Below the pieces are notes generated by a model. The model saw only the letters and a list, made by a program, of their open reading frames with translations, searched no databases and was not told where the DNA came from. A DNA stretch of 64,000 nucleotides from the human T2T-CHM13v2.0 reference genome, Homo sapiens, in assembly GCF_009914755.1 (NCBI RefSeq), contig NC_060947.1. One strand, written 5' to 3'. Shown here in pieces: positions 27,071 through 42,786 of this stretch (positions within the stretch are counted from its first letter, which is position 1; every line of letters begins with the position of its first letter). The position numbers and the translations under genes are program-made.

Positions 27071-28585
27071 CATTTACTTATGTCATGTTTGCACAATGAC
27101 TTATGGGGTAGCTTAAATGATGACAGACAGCGTATCTCAACTCAATCTTCATTTGTGAGTACAGATGGATTCTGATCTTGTGAACTGGCTAGTCACTTTG
27201 TTCTACTGATTACAGCCTAATTGGTTCTCTAATGGTGATTGAAAACTTCTACATCATATGCAGTTGGGATGAGGGAACCCCGTCTTTAGGGTTCTCTAGG
27301 AAGCTGAAGTGTCCCGCCCAGTGCCCCCTTCTTAATTCCCATCAGGCCTTAAAATCATTATCAGTCCATTGGAAAAGCATAAAGAAAAGTCTCATCCATG
27401 TGGGTGCCTATGACATCACTGAGCTCTGAAGTCTGAGGTTGTCAAAGAAGGTGCCCTTTGGGAAGCTCTTTCCTTCATGAAAGTGTCATAGTTTCATTGT
27501 TTCACAAACCCTATTTGAGAATGACTGTAACCATCCCTTTTAGCTGTCCTTGCTGAATTGGCAAATAGGATTTTCATTACAGGGGATACTATTTTTCCCA
27601 CACCAGGTCAATTCCAGCTGTTAGTGCTAATAAGAGACATCTTCACTTGAGAGTTGGTGCTCAAAACAATGCTTCATTATTGGAGAACAGTACTGTACAG
27701 GCAACATCCAGTGCCCACAGAAACTAATTCTCTCCTCCCCAAGAACACCTCTCTTTATGGTACAGCTGCATTCCTGAAAATTTTAAGGCATGTTTAAAAA
27801 TCAACACATACCCTGAAAGCATAAAGAGTACAGACCCCATAAGATACTCATTTTCAAGACCCATAAAACAGCCACATATTTACTTCTCTAATTTAAAGTT
27901 TTCCACTTGGGGATTATATATCCCTACACTCACATTCTACTTATTTCTACAAATAGTAACCCTGCACGCTGTATCAGAAAGGACAAGAAGTACTGAATAT
28001 GTCTTTTGTCCTTAAAAGGAAAGGCTGTTGTTTGGCAAAGGATGAATAAACCCTTCCCTTTAGAGGCCTGAATTAAGTTCACATTCAATTGCTTTGATTA
28101 GATACTAAACCTAGCAAATTAAGTTCCCCATTCCAGGTGACCTCCGGAAGCATTATTAGGAAAAAGCGTGGGGGAGGAAAAAGAATGACACTTAAATTCA
28201 GTTAATCATTAGGATTTGTTTCAATAACTAGTCACATTCAATTGCAATAATATAAAGTTTTAAATTAGCCAAGGGTACAAGAGTGTGAAAAGAGCCTTTG
28301 AATATTAGAAAGACATTTTTCTATTCAAATGAACAGATTATAAGATGTCAACAGCTTGCCTACTGTAGCCAAAAGAATGCTTGTGAAAAGGGCATGTTGA
28401 TAAAAAAATTAAAATGATGGTGATAGCAATGAGAGGAAGAAATCACAGGGAGAAAATTTCTGAGAACTTGGGGGAGTCAATTCTTCCTCCCTGTCTTTTT
28501 TATAGATTAATATCCTTGCTCCCTGGTGCAAGTCAGCATAGCCCAATTTTACCATTGCAAAATATACAATAAAAATATGGAGTCA

Positions 28586-29068
<483 letters not shown>

Positions 29069-29455
29069 TCAGGTACAAACAGTTAAACTGCTGCACCTTT
29101 ATATGCTGGAAATGGATTATGGGCTTCCAAGAAGTGAATATTAAAAAAGAATCTTATCTCCGCTTCTCTGAGAGATGTCATACAGTTTGTTAAGACAGGA
29201 GAAGCTGAAGGTAACAGGGTGATGCCTGCCTCTCTTGCTGTGCCAAATGGGGATAATTAGGTCTCCCAGCTGCAGGCTTGCTCTGGAATGGAGAACATTG
29301 CTTATATATAGCTTAGTACTGATGGTTTGGTGGGTGTCTCATTGTCCATAATTATCTTTAAAGTTAGATGTTGGCAAAGAAGTGATTTTGCTGTTAATGT
29401 ATTTTTATATACCAAAGACTCTGATAGAAGATAGTTCATTCTACCATGTATACCT

Positions 29456-29532
29456 CACACACACACACACACACACTCACACACACTCACATACACATAC
29501 ATACACACACTCACACAAACTCACATGCACAC
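29456..29532. repeat. Imperfect (CA)n
   Basis: Directly visible. Confidence 0.9.
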
Positions 29533-29791
29533 ATATATTAATTGACAGAGCAATGTACTGGGAAAATAAATACAACCCCTTAAGATGAGAAAATATGTTA
29601 TTTTCTCTCCTGGAAATGTTAGTGTTTCATGACAAAGTAATTCAGTTATTTGTCAAAATGTCTATGGTGACAGAGTGGGGAACAAAAAGACCTTAATTTG
29701 GGCATCTTCAACCAAGGGCACTGAAGTGAACCTTGACTTCTAAGAAATTGATATCTCCTATAAACCCCATCAAAAATGACTGTTGCTATTT

Positions 29792-29990
29792 GCAGAGACA
29801 GAAAGGAGATGAGAGGCTATCAGGGGCTGGGGCAAGTGGGGGATGGGAGTTATTGCTTAATGGGTACAGAGTTTTCCTTTTGGGATGATGAAAGAGCTTT
29901 AGAAACAGTGGTGATGTTTGCACAACAGTGTGAATGTCATTAATGTCACTGAATTGTACACTTAAAAGGTTAAATAAATGACATGTTGTC
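29792..29990 (+). mobile_element. L1MB-type 3' end fragment
   Basis: ggggatgggagttattgcttaatgggtacagagttt...tgggatgatgaaa...taatgtcactgaattgtacacttaaaa. Confidence 0.85.
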
Positions 29991-30829
29991 TGTTGCAATG
30001 ATTTTATGATAATATTTTTTAAAATGTTGCTACAACCAGTCATAATGGAAGTAGACTTCCATCCACATAAGAATAATGATGGTTGAGCTGTGGATGCATC
30101 CACTATTGGATGTTTCCTTTCATTGGACCCATTTGGATGTAAATATTTTACTACCAAAATGGGACAAAGAAAACCTCACAGAAACAGCTTTGTGACTATG
30201 TGTGCTCTAGACCATAGGGTAAAGTAACTCACCTTTATCACAGACACTCCACTCTCAGGCTGCATCGTCAGGGCAGCATCTTTCCTGCAAACTGTTTCAT
30301 AGAACGGTATGTCCTTACTGGTGAACTCTGACTTTATCTGGTATAGGTATTCTTTTCCTTCTGCTAGGTGATCCAGGACAACGGTTTGCTTGGGGTGTGA
30401 CCATTGAGAAAATAGAGCTGATCACACAATGTTCAGGGATGTTCTGAACACGAGAGTTTCTGTATTTAAACCACTTGGCACATGATATCAAAATATGTTC
30501 TACTTTCCAGATGACATTCTGAGGCTTCAGAAGGCATAGTGGCTCCACTGGGCTAGGAAGACCCCAAAGAAATAATTCTAACATCACTACCCTGAGTTTT
30601 CCCCGTGAGGGAGGCTTCAGAAAGAAGCATCCATGGCTGGGATTTCTCTCTGATGAGCTCAGCTGGCAAAAGAAGCTGGTCTAAGCTGATTTTTGCACAT
30701 GGGGAGATGGAACCTATGTGCCAGCCCTTCCATTTTTTTCCCCATTGTGTTTTATATATCGAAGAAGAATTTATAAGCACTCAAGTACAACCTTCACTGT
30801 TTAGTGCATCATGTCTTTTTACATTTGTA

Positions 30830-31345
30830 AATAGCCACATAACACCACCAAGATACACAAATAGAAACATTTTGCTGCCCCAGTTCCTGCTCCTCTCCCC
30901 TTCCCTGATCTGATCTCTACTGTGACATCCCTCAACATGGCTGCGTTTGGCTATTCTTGAATTCTGCATCAATGGAATCATGCAGTACGTAACTCTTGCG
31001 TCCGTCTTCTTGTCCTCCACGTAATGATTTTGAGATTCAGCCATGTTGAATCTCTCTTCAGTTTGTTTTTTGTATGACTGACTAGTATTTCATTGCATGA
31101 AGAGACCAAAATGTGTTTATAAATTATCTTGTTAATGAACATTTGGGTCTTTTCCAGTTTCAGTTATTATGAATAAAGTGATCGTGAACTTTTTGCATAC
31201 GTTTCTTTGTAGATGTGAACATTCTTTTCTTTTGAATGTGTACCTATAAGTAGGATTTCTGGATCACATGGAAATTTTATTAGACACTAACACTTCTCCA
31301 AAATGATTGTATCACTGCACATTCCAAGCAGCAATTAATGAGGGT
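30830..31345 (-). mobile_element. L1M 3' fragment
   Basis: aatggaatcatgcagtacgta...tttgagattcagccatgttg...catttgggtctttccagttt...gaataaag. Confidence 0.8.
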
Positions 31346-33431
31346 AGACTTAATCTATATTGCCTATTACCTATAATACCATATCTTAAAGTAATTTTAT
31401 TTTTAATATTACAATAATAAAGTATGGAAAATAAAACATCACAGAATAGTCTCAGGAATTCCTTCTTTCCTTAAAAATATCTCAAGTTCTTAGGAACCAC
31501 ACACAGTTTTAGGTGCTAAGGTTAAGTGAAGAAAGAAAGAAAACAGAACAAGTTTCCAGATGTTGCAGGGGTTACATTGCAGAGGGAGAATCAGGTCAAT
31601 AAAGAAGAAAATTAATAACAATATAATTTCTACTAAGTGTTATAAAAATAAAGCACATTACAAAGACAAAAATAATTGCTGAGATTGCAGAATAAAGGCT
31701 ACTTAGTGTGTGTGATGAATGCTCTTGTAGGAGGTAATATTGAAGCTGCCCTACTGGCTGGGAGAAATAGTATCAAATACTTCCAGCCCCGTGAACCTGA
31801 AGATGCAGGCATTTTTCTTATTCTCTTGAATGGGAGGCAGAGACTTGTGAAGGACTTGGTTGGATTTATACACCATTCCTGAACTACTGGCTGTGGCCGG
31901 TGTGATGGGCTCCAGGAATGGCTAGCTCGTGCAGTGAAATGGGACTTTAGGACATTTCAGCCTGTGAAGGACATAAACTTCAGCTGTTGTATGTGAATAT
32001 TTGAATAATTGCTTAGGACAGAGTTTAGAACAACCAGCCAAGTGGATAGTTCTGATTCCCTATGCATTTACTGATTATCCCAAAAACTAATGTTGTGTAG
32101 CTGTCTTTAAAAAATGAACATAGAATCAATGCAATTAATCCCACTGACAATGATTATAGCTCACTCTGTGAAAACCATTTCTGGTAACGTTACAGGTAAT
32201 AATTCAATTAATTTGATCCATTATGTATAATGGTTTTACCTTGTGAGTCTGGGGAATAGAAAACGATCTTTTGATTTAAGATACATCTCTATTATTCATG
32301 AAACGTATGGTCCTGAAAAGGGACGATCAATTCATGTAATTGATTTGATATCCTTGTTGTGAGTAGAAGTGTTGAACGTTATTTGACAGGAGGATATGAG
32401 AATTAAGTGATTCTATGCAGGATAGATTTAGCTTCTAGTTTCTCTGTTGCTTGTTTCTGTTTTTGTCATCATAATGGACTCAGGATCATTCATTTCCAAT
32501 AAGAAAATGTCATGCAGGAATGATGACTTATAGCAGTTTTCTTAGATGACTTTCTTTATTGGTTTCTGTTTTCCTTAGAATCAGCATCCTCTTGCCATCT
32601 CTAATCTCATTTGCCCCATGATAAAAGGTTGGGCCGGAAAGTACAGAGGATGCTTTATTGGGATTCAACACACCAAGTGCTTCATGGGAGAAGAAAGACA
32701 CATAAAGGTTTGGGTTAGGCTTCTTGAGATGGATACAACTTTTAACTCATCGAGGGGCATGAGGAACAGGGTATATCTGGGAATGTCTGCCCACTTCTGG
32801 CTGGGTGTGCAGGGTGTGCGTGTAAAGTGTCAAAGACTTCCATCCTCCCCCATGTTCGCCTGCCTCTCTGGGCAAAACTCTGGCTTATCTTTTACTACAG
32901 GTGTGACAACGCTCTTCTTTCATGACACGTCTCCCTGAGAGCAAGGGTGGCATTCAGTTGGTCTTTGCATCCTCAACTTGTGGTAGCCAGGCACACAATG
33001 AGCACGCCGCGCATATTTTTATACTGAATGAATGAAAGCGAAAACCACCCAGGAGAGGATAATAAAAGGCTCATCCGAGGAATTAGACTTGAGTCTGGGG
33101 GTGGAGCCCTGCCCGCAAACCCTCCTCTTTCCATCTTGCTTTATTCTCCCACTGTCTACAGCAGAACCTCTTCATTCTCTTTGGGGCCACCAGCCCAGGA
33201 CCCACCCCACTTACCCTCAGCAGATGAAAAGAAGCCCTGCTTATGGGAACAATAGAAGTCATCAGTTGGAATGACTTTATCTTCTTACCTCTAAATTTAC
33301 CAGCATCTGCACACTTTACTTTTATTCTCTTTTTATAAGTATGCTTTTTCCCATGAAAGCCAAACTGTGACCTTATCAGCATCCCTTCTGTCTCTCCTGC
33401 ATTGCTCAAGTCTCCTCTCTACTGACTTTTT

Positions 33432-33726
33432 AAAAAAAATTTTTTGAAACAGTCTCACTCTGTCACCCAGGCTGCATGGCAGTAGAGCAATCATGACTCA
33501 CCACAGCCTCAATCTCCTGGACTCAAGCAATCCTCCCACTTCAGCCTCTTCTGTACCTGGGAGTATAGGAGTGAGACATGAGACCTGGCTAATTAATAAA
33601 AAAAAATTGTAGAGGCAAGGTCTTGGTGTGTTTCCCAGGCTGGTCTCGAATCCTTGGCCTCATGCAATCCTCCCGCCTCAGCTTCCCAAAACACTGGGAT
33701 TACAGGTGTGCACCACCACACCCAGC
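33432..33726 (-). mobile_element. AluJ
   Basis: Both arms, diverged; cagcctcaatctcctggactcaagcaatcctccc. Confidence 0.92.
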
Positions 33727-33729
33727 CTC

Positions 33730-35420
33730 TACTCGCTTCTGGTCATGAGCGCTTAAATATGGCAGTGTCTCTCCTACGTTAAACAAAAATTCCTGGCTCT
33801 CCTATTCCAATTAAAAACCATGTTTCCTCTCCCCTTATTTAAAAGCTGTTTATAGTCACTATTTTCCATCTCCATTTCCCCTGTGCTCCATAACCCACTG
33901 TAGGCCTATTTCTGCACCCACTGCTTAATCGAAGCTTTCTTCTTGCTATAGCCAGTGGGCATGGTGTCATCCATATCATACTTGGCAGCTTAAGGGTGCT
34001 GGATACAGCTGAACCCCTTCAACCTGGCTTCCAGGAAGGCCCCTCTCCAATTTTCCTTTCTGCTCATGTTCTCTGTCCGTCACCTAAATTCAAGCTGGTC
34101 TGTGTGTTCTCCTACACTGAAGCAGATGTAGGGGTTGGAAATCTCTGAATATGAAATAAGTTCCCAGAAGATTCTTATACTCTGACCTCTCAGAAGCATA
34201 TTTGCAAGGACTCATATTCCTCAGAGATCTGCCCATGTCTTCAATGTATCGTTTATGAAAGACATTGGCAATCCACAACCCATTGGCCAGATCTAGATCA
34301 CCACCTGTTTCTGTAAGGCAACTTGTATTGGAACACCACCACCCTCTCCCCACACACTGAAGTATTTCTGTGGCTGCTTTCAGGCCACCACGGCAGAGCT
34401 GAGTAGTAGCTGCAACACAGACCATACAGCCCACAAACCCTAAAAGATTTTCTATCAGACCTTTTGGAGGAAAAGTTTCCTGGCCCTGGTTTAGAATCTC
34501 CCAGTTGCTTCTGGACATCAATAGCCTTCTACATGTGTGTCTCTTGTGCTTCAGACCCGGAGAACCAACAGCTCATTGGAACCTCATGTGAACATGACAC
34601 AGACCCTTCAAACCAAACATGCTCAGTTGAATTTTCCATCTTCTTCCCAATTTGCCCCTCCTCTGGGTGTTATAACCCAGGAGAAACTATCCCCACCTAC
34701 TCCAGGGTTGATTCCCAAACACCCTTTCTCTCAGTCCCCCGTCCTAAAAGCACAGAAGCCTGATCATTCTGAACCACCTGCTCTGCAGAGCTCTGATCCA
34801 GGCCATTCCTCTGGCATTCCTGGAAATACTCCTCACTTGTCGCCCCCATTTTTAACCACTCTCCTCAGAGCAGCACGAGCCTTCTCTTTAAATGGTGATC
34901 TTAACCATGTTTTCTCTTCTGCCTGAAACTGAAACCTTTCGGTAGCTTCCCTTTGCCTTAAGGATAAAGCCCTAGTTCTTAGACGTGACCTACAGTGTCC
35001 TTCAGGATCCACCCTCCAGCTTTCTCTTTGTGATGTTCTGCTCCACATCCACTCCACAATCATTAAGCCCCAGAATTAAAAGTGTGGCTTCCATTCACTA
35101 AAAACTCTGTGTGTATGCTTGCCTCTGGGTTTTTGCAGGTGCTGTTCCTTCTGCCTGGAGCACCTTTCCAGCCTGCCCCCTTCCACAATGTAACTCTCCT
35201 TGCTTCTCACCCTCAGGCCAGATATCACAGCTAGATGGGGTTCCATGCCATCATGGGGCTCTCTTAACATCATGCATACTCCAAGGCATCCATCATGCAT
35301 TGTTGGGTGTTGCCTATGTCTATTCTTAAAAGGAAGGTTCCTTAAAAATCTGAATTCAAGGTTCTTTGCTGATCATAGAACTGGCTGGACATATGGAAAG
35401 GATATGCTAAATATGCCTTA
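33730..35420. mobile_element. L2 fragments
   Basis: ttggacatc..acctc..aacat..aaacc..actc; ctgttccttctgcctggagcaccttcc L2 3' region; approximate. Confidence 0.65.
34262..34488. mobile_element. MER58-family MITE inside L2
   Basis: attggaacac...ggcagagctgagtagtagctgcaacacagaccatacagcccacaaaccctaaaa. Confidence 0.8.
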
Positions 35421-37387
35421 AAAATATAGATCATTTCATGAATACGTAATGCAGACCTTTTGATATTTTAAAATTTATTTTCCTTAGAAAGAGAGCTTGG
35501 AGGAAACATGAAATCAATTAGGCAGCTGTGACAGTAGCCCAGAGCAGAGCTCAAAGCCTGATTTTATGGAAAATAGAAAGGAGGGGTGAATCAGTGTAAA
35601 GGCTGTATCAGCCCACTCAATGGAACATTATTTTAAGATATATTTAAGACAACATATGGTATTAAACAGTTATACTTTACTTAAATAATTGCTTACATAT
35701 GCTTCAAAAAATCACCTGATTGTAGACCAAATTGTAGAAGGAAATTTTAAAAACACACTAATTTTCTATTTAAAAAATTTTATTAAAAATTGCAAAATGC
35801 AGAAATTTGACAACTTCAGTTTTTATGATAATGTGAAATTGAAATCATAGAAGAACATGTATAACTAGTAACTAAACTATGTAATCTTTTATGTTACATA
35901 TAATACTTACTGGGTATACCATGTAAAAACAAAAAATATATATATATAATAAAGGCATTCTCTAAATTCTAAATGTTTGTTCAGTGCCATAGAGTAATAA
36001 TATAGTTCTTCAGTTGTCTTGCACTGTAATGTAAAAGAACAGAGGCCAATTTAATACATAAGTAATGGCTATGCACCAACAGAAGGCTAATGATGTCATT
36101 ATGTAATGTACAAATGAAGACTTTGCAGCAACTTTAATAGGACAAGCCAGACTAGGCTTCAGTCATCTCAGCAGATGGAGTGATATGGGCATGCCGACCT
36201 GGCAGCACCCTGCACCTGTCTCCCTGCAGCAAGCAGAAGTCCTGCCGGATCTGATCCTTACTCATGCAAGCCTTCATTGGCAGAAAGTGTAGTCATTTCA
36301 AAAGCACATGGAAAAACACTTCCTTAAATTAAGATTTTTAATTTGTTAATTTATCTCACGGTGACCTCTTACATTGATTATGCCTTCAAATACTACATTG
36401 ATGATTGAGTTCATTCACCGTTCAGAAAGAAAATGTAATCATGGCAGAGACTACCGTTCAAATGATGGTTCATGATGCTCAAAGTCAAAGCCAAGTCAAT
36501 GGCAGTACAACTGTAATCACGAAAAATCATCTTCTTACTCCCCAACCCAATTGTGGCAACTTCATCACTTGAAATTAATGTTGTCAGCTTTATTTAATTT
36601 TATGGGTTATGCACCCTCTAAATACACAAAATTGTTTTAAATTTAAGCCTAACACACTATTATAAACTCGTTAATAAAATTTTAAAAAATTTACGCACTT
36701 TAGAATTTGGTTTATGCTTAATTTGGATGTTTACTTTTATGGCTTATATAGGTTAGAAACATATGGCACACACATAAAATATACCTACCTACTTATATAT
36801 TTATACACATTTAAATATAGTGCTGTTAAAAGATAATTTTCGGAAAGGGTAAAATCATGACTGCGTACATATATAAAAGTTAACATGTGTTCATGACTTT
36901 ATTTGAGTCATTAATGAATGAGGGAACCAGACAGATGTTAGAACCCTTTCACCAGAAAAGTCAAAACAGCACAAACGTACCTGGAACAAAATAATTGAAT
37001 CACAAAATGGCAGCAAAGCTGGCTTTTCCAAAGGTGGAGAGGGAAGTCAATAGAACCTGTCTGGCCAAGGCAGAGTTTGCACACCTACTTGTACTTGCAA
37101 TTTATAAGAGATGCAAAGATTCAGGGCTGCATCCCACTGCTTGGAAAGGGACGCTTAGTGGCAATGCTTAGGTGTTCACCTAAACAAAATTTTCTCTACA
37201 ATAAAAGTAATTGAATGCTGGACTGAAGTTCAATGAGGAAATTCTTTTTTAAACTTCAAATGAGATCCATACATTATTCAAGTATGAATAATTTAATCCC
37301 AAGCACCTAAAGAAGACTGCTTAAATATGAATATTTCTCAGATGAGTTCTTTCTGATAAGACATTATATGTATTTGTTGTACCATTA

Positions 37388-37548
37388 CTTTTTTCTGAGA
37401 TGGGGGTCTGGCTCTGTCACCCAGGCTGTAGTTCAGTGACATGATCATAGCTCACTGCAGCCTCCAACTCCTGGTCTCAAGTGATTCTGCCACTGTAGCC
37501 TCCCAAGTAGCTGGGACCAGGCATGCGCCACCATGCCCAGCTATTTTA
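37388..37548 (-). mobile_element. Alu right monomer (AluJ/FRAM-like)
   Basis: tgatcatagctcactgcagcctccaactcctgg...cccaagtagctgggac. Confidence 0.88.
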
Positions 37549-39232
37549 AAAATATATATTGAATTTATACATTCATATATGTAGATATGTATACATATGC
37601 ACATGTACATGATTATAAGGGACAGTCCTGCCTGTAGGGAAAATGAGAGAAAACAATCAGCCTGAGAAGTCAGGGGTTGAAAGGAAAATGCATTTCTAAC
37701 CATAAGCAGAGAGGAAACCCACACAGAACTGAGAGGTTTAAATTTCATGGCAGCCTGGCCAGCACGTGATCAGAGAGATTTGCATCACATATGCAAATGC
37801 AATAAAAATAGGTGTCAGTATTGATTATCTTTCATCTGAAGAATTCAGTAGTCACATTTCTCAATAGCAGGTGCTGAGAACTTTTATGCCTGCACTCTGT
37901 TGGGTGAACAATTTAGTCACTTGACCAAGTCATGGTACCTATAGAAATGCAATAATCCCCGCTTAAATTTTCTTATAATGAGGTGGGATGGATAGTCTAT
38001 TGTTACATTTTTTAAGCTGCATAATGTAAATAATATTATTTTTGGTCCTGTAAAATTTTTTGAAGGATTTTCAATGAAAATGAAAATGACTCTCTGAAGA
38101 CTGGGGAAATTGTTGAAAGGCAGGATTTTCTTACTTTTGGCCTCTTGCTCAATTCAGCTGAAAATCACAGCTTGTCTTCTGAAATAGCCAGTGCCATTTG
38201 AAATACTCAGTTGAAATGGTGTTCGATTGTAATGTGCTTAAATGATTGAAAAAGTGAATTTAAGCAGGTTTAAGTAGATGGAGGCTTTCAATAAGTGTTG
38301 TAGTCATTTATTCAAAGTATTTCACTTAAGGAGGTAATAGCTGACTCATTCATATAACTAATATACCTCGTGTAAAATAATGTATGCTATTTGCGAATTT
38401 GAGTTATAAAAAATGCTTTCATGTTTCTAGTGCATAGCCCGTAAAGCCAGGTATGTGGAAATTTACAGTCCAGTTTTCCTCATAGGAATCAGCTCCTGCC
38501 GCTATCAAACAGATATTTCTTCTTCCATTTTCTTTGGTTCTTATGGAGTCATAGTAAATAGCCTTTAAACTAAATATGCTACCCCATGGAGCCCCATCCA
38601 CCACACCAATATTGAAGAAAAAATGATACAGCTCATTAAAACAGTGGTATTTTCTGTAAAATGGGAATAACGGTAGTATTTCCAAAAGATTATTAGATTC
38701 TAGAACTTCATTACACTCCACTGACCCAACAAGGAGCTACATTTTTATGCCAATTATTTAATGAAAGGGTCATAAAAGAATGTTCAATTGTCTGGAAATA
38801 TGTCCCAATCTCCCTCCAGAAAATTAGTATTTTGTTGTTGTTCAATGAAGTGAAAGTTAGGGAATAACTTGCTGAGGGGCTTCACTAGAAAGCCAGTAAG
38901 GCATTTTCACTACAGACTAGAGCCAATTCCATCAACTGTTAACAGGCGCCCATAAAATGCCAGATGTAGAGCAGTCCAAATTTGTTTATTTGTAGCATTA
39001 GCATGCATTCTTTCAATATGCAGAAATCCTCTTTATGGCCATATGCACAGGTGTGTCTACCGTGTGTTTAAAAGAGTGACAGTATTTCTCCCTATCACAA
39101 GGTCAAAAACCTCTTTCCAAAGCCAACCCGCACAAACACTGGCTGTTTCACTGTTGTGTATAGTGGCTTTCACCGCCTGCTGTTCTGGCTCCACACTGGG
39201 GCTTTGGAGGCCTTTAGTTCATACAAGACGCA

Positions 39233-39840
39233 TTGTGGTTTGTGGTCAGCAGAATAATAGCTCCAAATATGTCCAGGTCCTAATTCCTGGAACCTAGGAA
39301 TACACTAGGTTACATGACCAAAGGGACTTTGCAGACGTGGTTAAATTAAGGATCTTGAGATGGGGGGATTATCCTGGATTATTGGATGGGCCCAAATTAA
39401 TCACGTGAGCCCTTAAAAAGCAGAGAACCTTTCCTAGCTGGGGTCACAAAGATGCAGCAGAAGAGAGTCAGAGAGATGAAAGATGAAAAGGACACACCTT
39501 ACCGTTGCTGGCTTTGAAGATGGAAGGGACCATGAGCCAGGGAATGAGTGTGGCCTCTAGAAGCTGAGAATGACCGGGTCTGATAGTCAATAAGGAGACG
39601 GAGGCCTCAGACCTCATCAAAGAACTGAATTCTGCTACCCACTTGCACAAGCCTGAAAATGAATTCTTCTCTAGAGTCTTTAGAAAAGAGCTTAGCTCAG
39701 CCAATACATTGATTTTACTGAGATCCACATCAAACTCCTCTCTTACAGAACTGTGAGACAATATATGTGAGATAATACATGTGTTATGTACAAGTGCTAC
39801 ATTTGTAGTAATTATTTATAACAGCAATAGGCCACTGATT
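39233..39840 (+). mobile_element. MLT1 (MaLR) solo LTR, MLT1D/E-like
   Basis: aaagggactttgcagacgtggttaaattaaggatcttgagatggggggattatcctggatta...gaactgaattctgc...cagaactgtgaga...acagcaatagg. Confidence 0.9.
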
Positions 39841-40645
39841 CTCAGCATAGCTCTCAACATCCCCTGCACCCCGTTAATTCTGAGACATTATTCTTCATAA
39901 ATCATAGCAAAAACCTAGTAATGAAGATTTTTAGGAAGAAGAAATACCACTCCCTTAAATTGAAGGTAACATGCATTCTGGTTTTTAAAATAATAAAATG
40001 TAGACAGAAAATAAGATAAATTAAAGTCTTTATCTTTGATTTAAGGACATATGGTATTTATTGGTGGCTAAACATAGGGAGTTTCCAATGGTGGCCAAAT
40101 ATAGGGAGTATCCAAGTTTATATCAAAACATCTGTGTTCCTAGTTCTTTTAAAAATATGTCTCACATCTATTCATATTCTGTTCCCCGAAATTTCCCCCT
40201 TTCTGAAATGCCGACATAATTAGAAGACAGTTAATATTGGCTCCCTTCCCTCTGTGTGCACTAGCGTTAAATGTTCAGAGCCCAACAAGGTTTACTACTG
40301 TGCATTTCATTCCATAATACATTCCTTACACACAGGAAGAACACTGGTGACTTAAAACAGAGTTAACACATTCTAAAGAATTTCCAGATTATTAAAAGGA
40401 ATGGCCCTCTTGTGATTAGCAGTAATTCTCAAAATTATAGCTTGTAACCATGTCAGACTAGCACGAGAGCTGTTATTGGACAAATGCATTGGTTGTGGTT
40501 CTAGCATAGAAATGAAATAGACAATTCATCTAGTCATTTTAGCAAGAGTTGCCAGAACAACTTCTTCTTCAAAGTCAAACCTTCTACAATTGGAGTTTGA
40601 AGTGTCAACTCTTACCATAAGCTGGTAATGAATGATTTTAATCCG

Positions 40646-40689
40646 GTGTGTGTGAGTGTGTGTGTGTGTGCGTGTGCACGCATGCACGC
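40646..40689. repeat. Alternating purine-pyrimidine (TG/CG/CA) tract
   Basis: gtgtgtgtgagtgtgtgtgtgtgtgcgtgtgcacgcatgcacgc. Confidence 0.85.
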
Positions 40690-41658
40690 TTGCATCTGTG
40701 TGTTTACTGTGTATGCCTTGTATGCCTGGCAAGAATCTGCAAAAGTTGCATGGTGGAAAATGCGAAGAAAATGGAGGAAGGGCTTTATCTTCTCTTGCCA
40801 GCAAAATTGTAACTGAGTTAGGTTTAAGATTTTGCAATATGGTTTCAAGAAGACATTCTCAAGGGCCCCTGCTGAATAATGTAAGTTCAGATGCTGCTTC
40901 AATATGACCTTTTTTGCTTCAATAAATGAGAAAAAGAGGAATAGATATTCTTTTCTGTTGGTTTCAGAAGTCAGCTTGATCTGAAGCCACCTCATTTACA
41001 TTAAATAGTGGAATCTGGGTTGTTTAATAGAGTGTGGAACAGTACAGATGGTAGAACTCCAGAAAGTTTTTGCTCCCACTGCTGATGGGTCTAGTTAGAC
41101 TTCCTAGAGAAACATCAGGTGGTTTATTTTTGACATACTGCCTTTTAAGAATCTCTCTTTTTTTCACTCTGTGCTGTCCTAGCTCTAACAGACCAGCCTC
41201 ATTACAATATGTGCTCTCTAACCTGTCTTCTGTCTTTAAGATTAAGATACCTGAAGAAATAAATCTCTAAAAGTCTTAGCTCAGTGCTGCCATGGCTTCA
41301 GATTTTGTTTAACATAGAGCAATCTGTGTGGCCCACCCATAATGCCAGCTCTGAGTTAATGGGAGAGTTACAAAGGGTAGATTAGACTCTTCAGGGGGAC
41401 TGTGGTAGTTCACACATTGGACATCCAGAATTTCAACTATTTGTAGAAAGCTTGTTTTTTTCTGTCATGCCTGATGAGCAAGATGCCCAGTGTTTACACA
41501 AGCATTTCAAGCACCTATAAAAATGTTTACATCCTGGAACAAAGTATTGCCTCCAAAATACAAAAAGGGAACTATAAAATTTAAATGAATAATAATCTTA
41601 AAATCAAGACGTACATAATCTTTGTGAAAGTGGATTTTATTTCTTAAAAATTAATCTG

Positions 41659-42786
<1,128 letters not shown>

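Noticed and set aside
34090-34926. Overlapping 99-143 aa ORFs
   Set aside because: They lie in MER58 and L2 remnants; no coding signature.
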